From Candidatus Multivoradales bacterium (GTDB lineage: Bacteria > Acidobacteriota > Thermoanaerobaculia > Multivoradales > Multivoraceae), in contig CBDCWI010000001.1 in assembly GCA_965223325.1 (NCBI GenBank), positions 1,184,001 to 1,248,000 of the forward strand: a stretch of 64,000 nucleotides of DNA, given 5' to 3'. Below are positions 35,572 to 44,823 of this stretch, piece by piece. The position numbers were made by a program, and so were the translations under genes. The notes below the pieces were generated by a model. The model did not search any database, was not told where the DNA came from, and saw only the letters and a program-made list of their open reading frames with translations. Each line of letters opens with the position of its first letter. Position 1 is the first letter of the stretch.

Positions 35572-38505
35572 ATGAAGAAGAACTTCTTGCGCAGCCCTGT
35601 TCTCAGGAATGCCATCGTTCTCAGTGCCATCCTCGCGCTCGTGTCGACCGGAGCCGTGCTTGCACAGGCCACCGGCAACCTCTTTGTCGAGGTGACCGAC
35701 AGCGAAGGTGCCGCCCTACCCGGCGTGACCATTGTGGTCTCCGGTATCGGCGCAGACAAGACACAGATCACCGATTCCAACGGTGCCGTTCGCATTCTCA
35801 ACCTCGACCCCGGCGTGTACAACGTTGGCGGCGAGCTCGACGGCTTCGGCACCGTCGACTTTCCCGGCGTTCAGGTGAACGTTGGCCGTAACACGGAGAT
35901 CAACCTGACGCTTCAGCCCGCCGTCGAGGAGACCATCACGGTCACTTCCGAGACTCCGCTGCTCGACGAGCGCAAGATCTCGAACAGCACCAACGTCACT
36001 CAGGTCGAACTCGAAAAGATCCCGACCGCACGTGACCCATGGTCTCTCCTCTCACAGACACCCGGTGTCACCGTCGATCGCGTCAACGTGGGTGGCTCCG
36101 AATCGGGTCAGCAGTCGGTATTCCGCGCCTCGGGCGTTGACTCCGACCAGAACGACTTCCAGGTCGATGGCCAGTCGATCACCGACATGGCGGCCACCGG
36201 CGCCTCGCCGACCTACTACGACTTCGATCAGTTTGCAGAGATGTCCTTCACCACCGGTGGAACGGATGTTTCGAAGACCACCGCTGGTGTCCAGGTCAAT
36301 CTGGTCACCAAGCGGGGCACCAACGAGTTCCGTGGCTCCGGTCGCTTCTACTCGACCAAGGCTGGCGGCTACTTCGGCGGCGGCCTCAAGCAGTCGCAGC
36401 CCGATCTGACGAGCGAGCTGTACGCTGGCAACCCGAACGGCGCCCAGACGTCGCTCGCCGGTGCACAGATTCGCGACATCGAAGACATCGGCTTCGAAGC
36501 TGGTGGCGCGGCTGTCCGCGACCACTTCTGGCTGTGGGGCTCCTGGGGTCAACAGGACATCAAGCAGAACGCTGCCTCTGGTTTCCCTGACGACACCATT
36601 CTCGAGAACACCTCGATCAAGGCCAACGCACAGTTCAACGCTGCCAACTCCGGTGTTGCCTCGTACAACAATGGCGACAAGCAGAAGTTCGGTCGCGGAG
36701 CTGGCACGACCCGACCGCCTGAAACCACGTGGAACCAGCGTGGCCCGTCGGCGATCTACCGCGCCGAGGACACCCACGTGTTCTCCTCGAGCTTCTTCGC
36801 CACCGGAACCTTCTCGCACGGCGACTTTGGTTTCGCACTCGCTGCCAAGGGCCATCTGGCCAGCCAGGACGGCCTCGACCCGGCGGCGCGCGACCCGCAG
36901 TTCGTCGATGGTTCCTGGCAGGACAACTACCTGACCGGCGCCAGCTCGCGTCCCTACGATGAGTTCAAGGTCGACACCCAGTACTTCATGACCACTGGCA
37001 ACGTGAACCACGAGTTCAAGATCGGTGGCCGCTACCGCGAGTTCGAACAGAACTCCGACTTCAACTGGGGTCCTCGCAGTACGTTCCATGCTGACTGGAA
37101 TGACACCGTCTACCATCTCGGCTCGACCGGTGTCTCCACCTCGGAGTACAGCTCGATCTGGGCACAGGACACCATCTCACTTGGACGCCTGACCTTGAAC
37201 GCCGGTCTGCGCTACGACAACCAGACCGGGAGCAACGCTGCCTTCACGCGGGCCGCCCATCCAACGCGCCCCGACATCATTCCGACGACCTCGTTCGCGG
37301 GTGGTGACTCTGGGTTCGACTGGACGTCGGTGCTGCCTCGACTGGGTGCGACCTACGCAATCGGTTCAGACCGCTCGACGCTGCTTCGTGCCAGCTTCGC
37401 GCAGTTCGCAGACCAGATGCAGACCGACTGGGTCACCAGGCTGTCGCCTTTCGGCGACATCTACGCCTACACCTACACCGACACCGGCGAGCTGTACAGC
37501 GCGGTCGGATTCAATCCGGACAACCCGGCCGAGGTCGTCAACCGCAACGACTCTGGAATGGACGCTCCGGTGACCACCGAGCTTCTGCTTGGTATCGAGC
37601 ATGCGATCCTTCCCGAGCTGGTGGTCGGTGCCCAACTGACCGCACGTAACGTCACGGACATCCTCGACTTCCGCGATCTCGTCAACGACGGCGGCGTGGT
37701 GCGTACGGCCAATGGCTGCTCGAACCCCTTCGCCAGCACGGGCGTTGGAGCACGGTGCGGCGACTACGAAGTCGTCGACCGTTTGAGCGGGACGATTCCT
37801 CGCACCAACCAGGCGTATGACGTGCCGGTCTGGGATCTCGCAACGCCCTTCACAGGTGGCTTCCTGCTCACCAACGGTCAGCGCGAACGCGATTTCCTCG
37901 GCTACTCGGTGACCATCACCAAGCGCCTCGCGAACCGTTGGATGGCGCGGGGTTTCGTCCAGTACGGGGATTCGGAGTGGGACGTTCCGATGTCGCACTT
38001 CCTGAACAACGACCCGAACCAGTACCGTGGCGGCGGAAACCGTGACGGCGACCTGCACGTCGAGCGTTCGTCTGGCTCTGGCAAGGGCGAGCGGTTCCTC
38101 CAGTCGACCTGGTCCTACAACCTGAACGGCATGTATCAGGTCGGACCCGATCGCCCGTGGGGCTTCAACGTCTCGGCCAACATCAACGGTCGTGAGGGCT
38201 ACCCGATCGCCTACTACCAGCGCTTTGGGCTGGCCAGTGACGCATCGGCCAACATCGACATCATCAATGGTGACTACGACAACATCCGTCAGGATGACAT
38301 CGAGGTCCTCGACCTCCGCGTCGAGAAGGAGTTCTCGCTGACCGGACCGGTCAACATGACCTTCGGCATCGACGTCTTCAACGTCACCAACGAGAACACC
38401 GGCCTGAGCTACATCGCGCGTGCCGCGCGGTCGAACTCGGGCAACCTGGACGACAACGTTTCGCCGCGGATCTACCGCCTCGGCGTGCGTCTCGCCTGGA
38501 AGTAG
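35572..38505 (+). CDS. TonB-dependent receptor, paralog 3
   Basis: GAAGGGGAG RBS before ATG 35572. Same architecture as paralogs 1 and 2. Ends RLGVRLAWK. Confidence 0.9.
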   Translation: MKKNFLRSPVLRNAIVLSAILALVSTGAVLAQATGNLFVEVTDSEGAALPGVTIVVSGIGADKTQITDSNGAVRILNLDPGVYNVGGELDGFGTVDFPGVQVNVGRNTEINLTLQPAVEETITVTSETPLLDERKISNSTNVTQVELEKIPTARDPWSLLSQTPGVTVDRVNVGGSESGQQSVFRASGVDSDQNDFQVDGQSITDMAATGASPTYYDFDQFAEMSFTTGGTDVSKTTAGVQVNLVTKRGTNEFRGSGRFYSTKAGGYFGGGLKQSQPDLTSELYAGNPNGAQTSLAGAQIRDIEDIGFEAGGAAVRDHFWLWGSWGQQDIKQNAASGFPDDTILENTSIKANAQFNAANSGVASYNNGDKQKFGRGAGTTRPPETTWNQRGPSAIYRAEDTHVFSSSFFATGTFSHGDFGFALAAKGHLASQDGLDPAARDPQFVDGSWQDNYLTGASSRPYDEFKVDTQYFMTTGNVNHEFKIGGRYREFEQNSDFNWGPRSTFHADWNDTVYHLGSTGVSTSEYSSIWAQDTISLGRLTLNAGLRYDNQTGSNAAFTRAAHPTRPDIIPTTSFAGGDSGFDWTSVLPRLGATYAIGSDRSTLLRASFAQFADQMQTDWVTRLSPFGDIYAYTYTDTGELYSAVGFNPDNPAEVVNRNDSGMDAPVTTELLLGIEHAILPELVVGAQLTARNVTDILDFRDLVNDGGVVRTANGCSNPFASTGVGARCGDYEVVDRLSGTIPRTNQAYDVPVWDLATPFTGGFLLTNGQRERDFLGYSVTITKRLANRWMARGFVQYGDSEWDVPMSHFLNNDPNQYRGGGNRDGDLHVERSSGSGKGERFLQSTWSYNLNGMYQVGPDRPWGFNVSANINGREGYPIAYYQRFGLASDASANIDIINGDYDNIRQDDIEVLDLRVEKEFSLTGPVNMTFGIDVFNVTNENTGLSYIARAARSNSGNLDDNVSPRIYRLGVRLAWK

Positions 38506-38910
38506 CTTTGTGTGCTGAATAGCACACAGCTACTTCTGTCACCCCGCGAAGCGCAGCAAGCTGCGCCGCTCACCTCGGAACGCCGTTCCGAGCACCGGCA
38601 GCGGGGCGACCGTTAGAAGGATCGGGTCGGAGGGAAACCTCCGGCCCTTTCTTTTGCTTTGTGTGCTGAATAGCACACTGCTACTTCTGTCACCCCGCGA
38701 TGCGCAGCAACCTGCGCCGCTCACCTCGGAACGCCGTTCCGAGCACCGGCAGCGGGGCGACCGTTAGAAGGATCGGGTCGGAGGGAAACCTCCGGCCCTT
38801 TCTTTTGCTTTGTGTGCTGAATAGCAAACAGCTACTTCTGTCACCCCGCGATGCGCAGCAACCTGCGCCGCTCACCTCGGAACGCCGTTCCGAGCACCGC
38901 TAGCGGGGCG
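38499..38910 (+). repeat. Array C: 2 full copies plus 1 truncated copy of the structured unit (period 151)
   Basis: gtgtgctgaatagca at 38510, 38661 and 38812. Near-identical units. Confidence 0.9.
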
Positions 38911-39175
38911 CCAGCCCCTTCGCCCTGCCACGCGGGCCTCGAATCGAGCGTCGGAATCTGCAACCGGCCTCGCCTGTTGAACGGAAAGCAGTCCTCACAG
39001 GGGGCGTGGAGGCCTCTTCGTCTCGATCCGCGCTTCAGATAAACTGGCATTTCTCTTACGACACCCTCTTCCACTGAGCTTCCCTTCGGCCCTCGCGACC
39101 GATTCGACCCCGAGTTCGCCGCTCCCTGCGGCCCTCCGATCGACGCGCGAGAAGCTGAAACGACGGAGAATTCCC

Positions 39176-40189
39176 ATGTTCAAGCCATCTGTTTTCCAAC
39201 GAGCACGCTTCGCTTCCCTGGCTCTCGGCTGTCTGCTGGTCCTCGCCTTTGGCACGCTGTTCGCCACCGCCGCGAGTGCGCAGCAGTGGGGCGGCAAGGG
39301 GCGCATCACGGGCGAAGTCACCGACACTGAAGGCAACAAGATCGAGGGCGCGACGATCATTCTCGCGATCGATGGCGACGGGCCTCCACCGGTCACGACC
39401 AACAAGAAGGGGCGCTGGGCCAAGGCCGGCGTCCGTGGTGGCCTCTGGGACGTGCGCATCGAGAAAGAAGGCTTCGCGGCGAGCGAGACCAAGGTCCAAG
39501 TCAGCGAATTCGCCACCGGCATCGACCGAGCCCACGTCACAACCAAGCTCGGAACCGGCGGCGGCGGGGCGACTGCGACTGCCGATCGAGACGGCGCGGC
39601 GGAAGACGCTGAAATCGCGGCCGCCCGCACCCTCCTCAATGAGGGCAACAGCCTGCTCGCGGCTGAGGACCTGGACGGAGCGATGGCGAAGTTCAGTGAG
39701 GCGCTCCCTGCTCTCGGCGACGCCGCCAAAGTGCAGGTCATGACCTCAATCGCCCAGATCCAGGTCAACAAGGGTGATTCGGCAGCCGCCGTCTCCACTC
39801 TCGAGAAGGCTCTCGCGATCGATCCTCAGAACATCAACGCGCTCAAGGTCATCAGTCGCGCTCTAAAGAACAGCGATCGTGCCGCCGAGGCCGAGCAGTA
39901 CATCGCGCGCCTTCCCGAGGATCAGCGGGCGGATCCTCAGGAACTCCTGCAGCAGGGCGTCGACGCGTACAACCAGAACGATCTCGACGCGGCCTTCGGT
40001 CACTTCGACGCGCTGGTTTCCGCGGCTCCTGACGATCCACAGGCCTACTACTACCGTGGGCTCGTTGCGATGGCACAGCAGAACAACCCTCAGGCGATCG
40101 CCGACTTCAAGAAGCTGATCGAACTCGCTCCTGCCGACGAGAAGGCGATCGAGGGCAAGCAGTTTCTCGAGTACCTCGAGTCGCAGTAG
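39176..40189 (+). CDS. Exported CarboxypepD_reg + TPR protein
   Basis: GGAG RBS, signal peptide (..ASAQQW), GRITGEVTDTEG..IEGATI...TNKKGRW, C-terminal TPRs (AYYYRG..A.ADF). Confidence 0.85.
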   Translation: MFKPSVFQRARFASLALGCLLVLAFGTLFATAASAQQWGGKGRITGEVTDTEGNKIEGATIILAIDGDGPPPVTTNKKGRWAKAGVRGGLWDVRIEKEGFAASETKVQVSEFATGIDRAHVTTKLGTGGGGATATADRDGAAEDAEIAAARTLLNEGNSLLAAEDLDGAMAKFSEALPALGDAAKVQVMTSIAQIQVNKGDSAAAVSTLEKALAIDPQNINALKVISRALKNSDRAAEAEQYIARLPEDQRADPQELLQQGVDAYNQNDLDAAFGHFDALVSAAPDDPQAYYYRGLVAMAQQNNPQAIADFKKLIELAPADEKAIEGKQFLEYLESQ

Positions 40190-40304
40190 TTGAAGAGGCG
40201 GTAAGGCAGGCGAGTGGAGCCTTCGGGTTCGCTCTGCCCTCTCGCTGTCTCACGACGGCGATCCTGTGAACGGGCTCCCGCCATCGCTTTGCGCCGCCCT
40301 CTTG

Positions 40305-42533
40305 ATGCCGCAACTGCTCACTCTTCGGCACCTGGCTTTGCCAAAAGCACCCACCCTTGGCGGTCGCTGGCCGGCGACGCTCCTAGGCGTCGCCGTCCTG
40401 GCAGTCTGCCTGGGCTGTAAAGATTCCGCACCCGAGCCGTCGGGCCAAGAGGCAAGCGCCAGGGACGCGGCGGACCCGGTTATCACGGGAGCAACCGACG
40501 AGGTCTCAACGGTTCCGGACGCCGCACCTGAAAGCGGGTTCGCGCGCGACATTGTCATCGTCAGTATCGACACGCTGCGCGCCGACGCCCCTGGCTTTTC
40601 TGGCAACGTCGAGGTCCGGACGCCGAATCTCGACCGACTGGCACGCAGGGGCCGCGTTTTTCGCCGAGCGTACGCCCACAACGTCATGACACTTCCGTCG
40701 CATACGAACATCCTCACCGGAAAGCTCCCCTGGCAACACGGTGTCCGCGACAACGCGGGCTTCACGCTGTCGCCCGACGTACCGACGGCGGCGACGGTTC
40801 TTCAGGAGGCAGGTTTCAGGACTGCGGCCTTCGTGGCAGCTTTTCCTCTCGATCGGCGCTACGGCCTCGGTCGTGGCTTCGAGGTCTACGACGATCGCTA
40901 CCCCGAGGCCTCGGCTGAAGGGTTCGCCGTCGCCGAACGTGCCGGAGATGAGGTCGTGCGAGGAGCCGTGGCGTGGTGGAAGGAGCATGCCGGAGAGCGG
41001 CGTTTCCTGCTCGTGCATCTCTATGAACCCCACGCCCCCTACACACCGCCCGCGCCGTGGGCCGGTGAGTACGCAGAAAACCCCTACCTGGGTGAAGTGG
41101 CGACGGCGGACGCCTACCTCGGGCCGCTCTTCGATGCGATTCTGGACCAGACTGGCGAGAGCTCGAGCACCACGGATTCACCGCTGGTTGTGGTGACCTC
41201 CGATCACGGCGAAGCGCTCGGCGAACACGGCGAACAGACGCACGGCCTCTTTGCCTACGAGGAAACTCTCAGGGTACCGATGTTCGTTTGGTCCAGACAT
41301 CTCACGCCCGCGGTCAGTGACCGCCCGGTTTCGCACATCGACATTCTTCCTACGATTCTTGACGCAGCAGGGGTCAAAGCACCGGTAGACCTCGCCGGTC
41401 ATTCGCTTCTGCGGGCCGGGAACTCGAAGGGTGCCCTCTACTTCGAGAACCTCAGAACCCACCTGAGCCGCGGCTGGGCGCCACTGCGCGGTGCTTTGCG
41501 CTGGCCAGACAAGTACATCGAACTCCCCATCCCGGAGCTCTACGACCTCGCACGCGACCCCGACGAACAAGACAACCTCGCGGAAAAACGCCCTGAACTC
41601 ATGCGCGAACTCGCCTCGAGCCTCAGCGCAGAGTCGTCGTGGCCACCACAGGCAGGCGCCACCAGCGCTCTTGAGGCGGCGCGCCTGCGCGCGCTCGGCT
41701 ACTTGACGGCAGATGCCACCGGCGAAGCACGCACCTTCGGGCCCGAAGATGACCCCAAGAACCTGGTCGTTCTCGACTCAAAACTGCAGGGGGTGGTGGC
41801 GGCCTTCCAGACCGGCGACCTCGAACGTGCTGAAACCCTGGCCCGCGAGGTGCACGCCGAGCGCCCGCAAATGGGCCTGGCCTGGCTGACGCTGGCCCAG
41901 GTGCTGCTCGAACGTAACCGTATCGAGCTGGCGCTGCCGTTGATGGCCGAGGCCACCCGCCGCGACATCGCACCGGTTGCACTGAGGCGCCAGTACGCGC
42001 TCACTCTCGCCGAGGTCGGGCGGGCTGAGCAGGCGGTCGCCGTACTCGAACCCCTGCGCCAGAGCGCCGACCCCGACACCCTGACGGCTCTCGGCCTGGT
42101 ACTCGCCGAGGCGGGGCAGCTCGATCGCGCAGAGCGTACGCTGCGTTCCGTCTTCTCGCGCGACGCGGAACATGCACTGGCTCTCGAGCACCTGACGCGC
42201 GTCTCGGTGCTGCGCGGCGACTGGCGAGAGGCCGAGAAGCGGGCCCGACAAACCCTCGAGCGCGACTCGGACATGGCTCTCACGTGGAACTACCTCGGCC
42301 TCGCACTCTTCAACCTCGGGCGCACCAACGAAGCGCTCGACGCCTGGCAGGCGTCGATTGACCGTGACCCAGATGACTGGGATGTGCTTTTCAACCTTGG
42401 CCTTGCTGCCGCCGGCGCCGGCCGCGCCGACCTCGCCCGCCCCGCGCTCGAACGCTTCGTTAGAGCGGCACCCTCTTCGAAGTACGCGGCAGACAAACCG
42501 CGCGCACGCCAGGCCCTTGGCCAGCTACGATAA
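40305..42533 (+). CDS. Sulfatase-like (alkaline phosphatase superfamily) hydrolase/transferase + TPR lipoprotein
   Basis: CLGC lipobox, IVSIDTLRAD, TLPSH, HGVRDN, HLYEPHAPY, TSDHGE, ELYDL..DP.E, LRALGY, TPRs. Start uncertain (40266-40305). Confidence 0.85.
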   Translation: MPQLLTLRHLALPKAPTLGGRWPATLLGVAVLAVCLGCKDSAPEPSGQEASARDAADPVITGATDEVSTVPDAAPESGFARDIVIVSIDTLRADAPGFSGNVEVRTPNLDRLARRGRVFRRAYAHNVMTLPSHTNILTGKLPWQHGVRDNAGFTLSPDVPTAATVLQEAGFRTAAFVAAFPLDRRYGLGRGFEVYDDRYPEASAEGFAVAERAGDEVVRGAVAWWKEHAGERRFLLVHLYEPHAPYTPPAPWAGEYAENPYLGEVATADAYLGPLFDAILDQTGESSSTTDSPLVVVTSDHGEALGEHGEQTHGLFAYEETLRVPMFVWSRHLTPAVSDRPVSHIDILPTILDAAGVKAPVDLAGHSLLRAGNSKGALYFENLRTHLSRGWAPLRGALRWPDKYIELPIPELYDLARDPDEQDNLAEKRPELMRELASSLSAESSWPPQAGATSALEAARLRALGYLTADATGEARTFGPEDDPKNLVVLDSKLQGVVAAFQTGDLERAETLAREVHAERPQMGLAWLTLAQVLLERNRIELALPLMAEATRRDIAPVALRRQYALTLAEVGRAEQAVAVLEPLRQSADPDTLTALGLVLAEAGQLDRAERTLRSVFSRDAEHALALEHLTRVSVLRGDWREAEKRARQTLERDSDMALTWNYLGLALFNLGRTNEALDAWQASIDRDPDDWDVLFNLGLAAAGAGRADLARPALERFVRAAPSSKYAADKPRARQALGQLR

Positions 42534-42537
42534 AGCG

Positions 42538-44796
42538 ATGCCTCAGACTTCTTCCCGCAAGGGGCGCGTCGTTTCGTCCACACGCCTGCTCGCCGCGGCA
42601 TGCGCGAAGAGCGTCAAGCACCTCGGCACCTTCACTGGTGCTCTCCTGCTCCTACTCGTCATCACGGGCTGTGGCCCTGAACCATCGTCGCCCGGCACGA
42701 CCAGCGCCACCGCGGTCACCGAGAATGCCCCCGTCATCATCGTGTCGATCGACACCCTGCGCTCGGACCGGCTGCCGGCCTACGGCTACCAGCGCATCGA
42801 AACACCCGCGATTGACGCCTTTGCCGCCGACAGTACGCTGTTCGAAAACGCCTGGACTCACATGTCGCTGACCCTGCCGTCGCACGTCTCGATTCTGTCG
42901 GGCGAAATCCCCGTCGAGCACGGCGTCCGCGACAACCTCGGCTACCAGGTCGCACCGGAAACCGAACTGCTGTCTGAGTCCCTGGGAAGCAAAGGATACG
43001 AAACGGCCGGCTTCGTCTCGAGCTACGTTCTTCGTGCTGCCACCGGCATCGACCAGGGCTTTGGCACCTGGGATGACGAGGTGCCCTTTGAATCGAGTAA
43101 ACAACTCGGTGGGCTGCAGCGACCGGGTCTCGAAACCCTGGCACGCACCACGGCCTGGCTCGACGAGACACTCGCCGCCGACCCGGACCGGCCCTTCTTT
43201 CTCTTCTTCCACATCTACGAACCACACTCGCCGTACGCGCCAAGCGAACCGTTTGCTTCACGCTACGACAACCCCTACGACGCGGAGGTCGCCGAATCCG
43301 ACGACATCGTGGGGCGCCTCTTCGAAGACCTTCAGAAACGTGGCGTCTACGACGACGCGCTGATTGTGCTCTTGTCGGACCACGGTGAAGGGCTCATGGA
43401 TCATGGCGAAATGGACCACCTGATCTTCGTTTACCGCGAGGCTCTCCAGGTGCCGCTCTTGATCAAGCTCCCCCTGAACCGTGGCGCAGGCGAACGGGTG
43501 AGCGACAACGTCCAGCTGACGGACGTCTACCCCACCATTCGGGCGGCCCTGGGTCTGGAGAAGAAGCCCACTGTTGGAGTCGACCTGTTTGGCGAGCGAG
43601 ACCGCCTGACAAGCGAACGAACCGTATTCTCAGAGTCGATCTACCCACGCGTCAACTTCGGCTGGAGCGACCTGGCGTCGATGATTCGCGACCGCTTCCA
43701 CTACATCGACGCGCCGCGACCCGAGCTCTACGACCTCGCTCTAGACCCATTCGAGCGCACCAACATCGTCGGCGACCACCCCGCGCTGGTGAGCGACCTG
43801 CGCTCCGCGCTGCGCGGAATCGATCGTACGATCGAAGGGCCGGGCGAGGTCGACGCCGAGACGAAAGCCCAGCTTGCCGCTCTCGGCTACATCGGCAGCA
43901 ACGGGGGCGCCATCCCGGAGGGCGACCTCGCCGACCCGAAGGACAAGATCGAGGTCATGGGCCTTCTGCATCAGGCCGACACACTCCTCCGTCGAGCAGA
44001 CCTGCCCCGCGCCATCGCCGCCTACGAGCGTATTGTCGCGCAGGAACCCGACATGCTCCACGCCTGGAAAATGCTCGCCCGCGCCCGTCATCAGGCTGGG
44101 CAACTGGGCGGCGCGGCACAGGCGTACGAGCGCGCGCTGGCGATCTCGGGCGGCGCCCCGACGACGCTTCTCAACTTGTCGATCCTGCAGTTCGAAATGG
44201 GCGAAGTCGCCACGGCCCGCGCCGGGGCGCTACTGGCGGTCGACACGGTGCCCGCCGCACATGCTCTCCTGGCCCGCATCGCGATCGAAGAAGGCGAGTT
44301 GGAAGAGGCCGAGCGACACGTCCAGGCTGCGCGCGAGGTCCACCCCGACCCGATCGAAGCGAGCATCCTCGAGATCTCCCTTCGGAACGAGCGCGGCCAA
44401 CACCAGGAGGCGCTCGACCTCGCGACGCGCACCGAGCGCGAATTCGGTGCTCGCGCTGATCGCGAGGTGCTGCACACCTTGTTTTCTCAGAGCGGAACCG
44501 CACTCGGCAAGCTGGGCCGTTTCGAAGAGGCGAAGGCCGCCTACCAGAAAGCGATCGAAGCCTCCGACCAGGCGGTTTCGGCTTACGCGGCACTGGCTTT
44601 CCTGTTGGCGCTCGAGGGCGATGGCCCGGCAGCCGGTCGCACCCTCGAGGCGATGGTGCAGGCAAACGACAACCCTCTGGCCTACGCCGAGGCGGTCCGC
44701 ACTCTGCAAGCGATGCAGGACCCAGATTCAGCGCAGCGCCTGCTGTTGGTCGCCCGACAACGTTGGCCCGATGCCGAGGCTTTGAGACTGCGCTAA
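42538..44796 (+). CDS. Sulfatase-like hydrolase/transferase + TPR lipoprotein, paralog 2
   Basis: ITGC lipobox, IVSIDTLRSD, TLPSH, HGVRDN, HIYEPHSPY, LSDHGE, LAALGY, TPRs. Confidence 0.85.
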   Translation: MPQTSSRKGRVVSSTRLLAAACAKSVKHLGTFTGALLLLLVITGCGPEPSSPGTTSATAVTENAPVIIVSIDTLRSDRLPAYGYQRIETPAIDAFAADSTLFENAWTHMSLTLPSHVSILSGEIPVEHGVRDNLGYQVAPETELLSESLGSKGYETAGFVSSYVLRAATGIDQGFGTWDDEVPFESSKQLGGLQRPGLETLARTTAWLDETLAADPDRPFFLFFHIYEPHSPYAPSEPFASRYDNPYDAEVAESDDIVGRLFEDLQKRGVYDDALIVLLSDHGEGLMDHGEMDHLIFVYREALQVPLLIKLPLNRGAGERVSDNVQLTDVYPTIRAALGLEKKPTVGVDLFGERDRLTSERTVFSESIYPRVNFGWSDLASMIRDRFHYIDAPRPELYDLALDPFERTNIVGDHPALVSDLRSALRGIDRTIEGPGEVDAETKAQLAALGYIGSNGGAIPEGDLADPKDKIEVMGLLHQADTLLRRADLPRAIAAYERIVAQEPDMLHAWKMLARARHQAGQLGGAAQAYERALAISGGAPTTLLNLSILQFEMGEVATARAGALLAVDTVPAAHALLARIAIEEGELEEAERHVQAAREVHPDPIEASILEISLRNERGQHQEALDLATRTEREFGARADREVLHTLFSQSGTALGKLGRFEEAKAAYQKAIEASDQAVSAYAALAFLLALEGDGPAAGRTLEAMVQANDNPLAYAEAVRTLQAMQDPDSAQRLLLVARQRWPDAEALRLR

Positions 44797-44823
44797 CTGG
44801 CGCATTCGCACGCGGGGGCGAAG

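Noticed and set aside
27963-38505. Diversity-generating retroelement as the cause of receptor variation
   Set aside because: No reverse transcriptase in the window, and the differences are not adenine-specific TR/VR pairs.
30875-38910. CRISPR array, tRNA or hammerhead ribozyme interpretation of the 150-nt units
   Set aside because: No unique spacers or cas genes, no T-loop/CCA cloverleaf, and no CUGAnGA...GAAA core seen.
39045-39059. Third sigma-54 promoter (TGGCATTTCTCTTAC) before the CarboxypepD-TPR gene
   Set aside because: The -12 position reads AC instead of the conserved GC, which is too weak to call.
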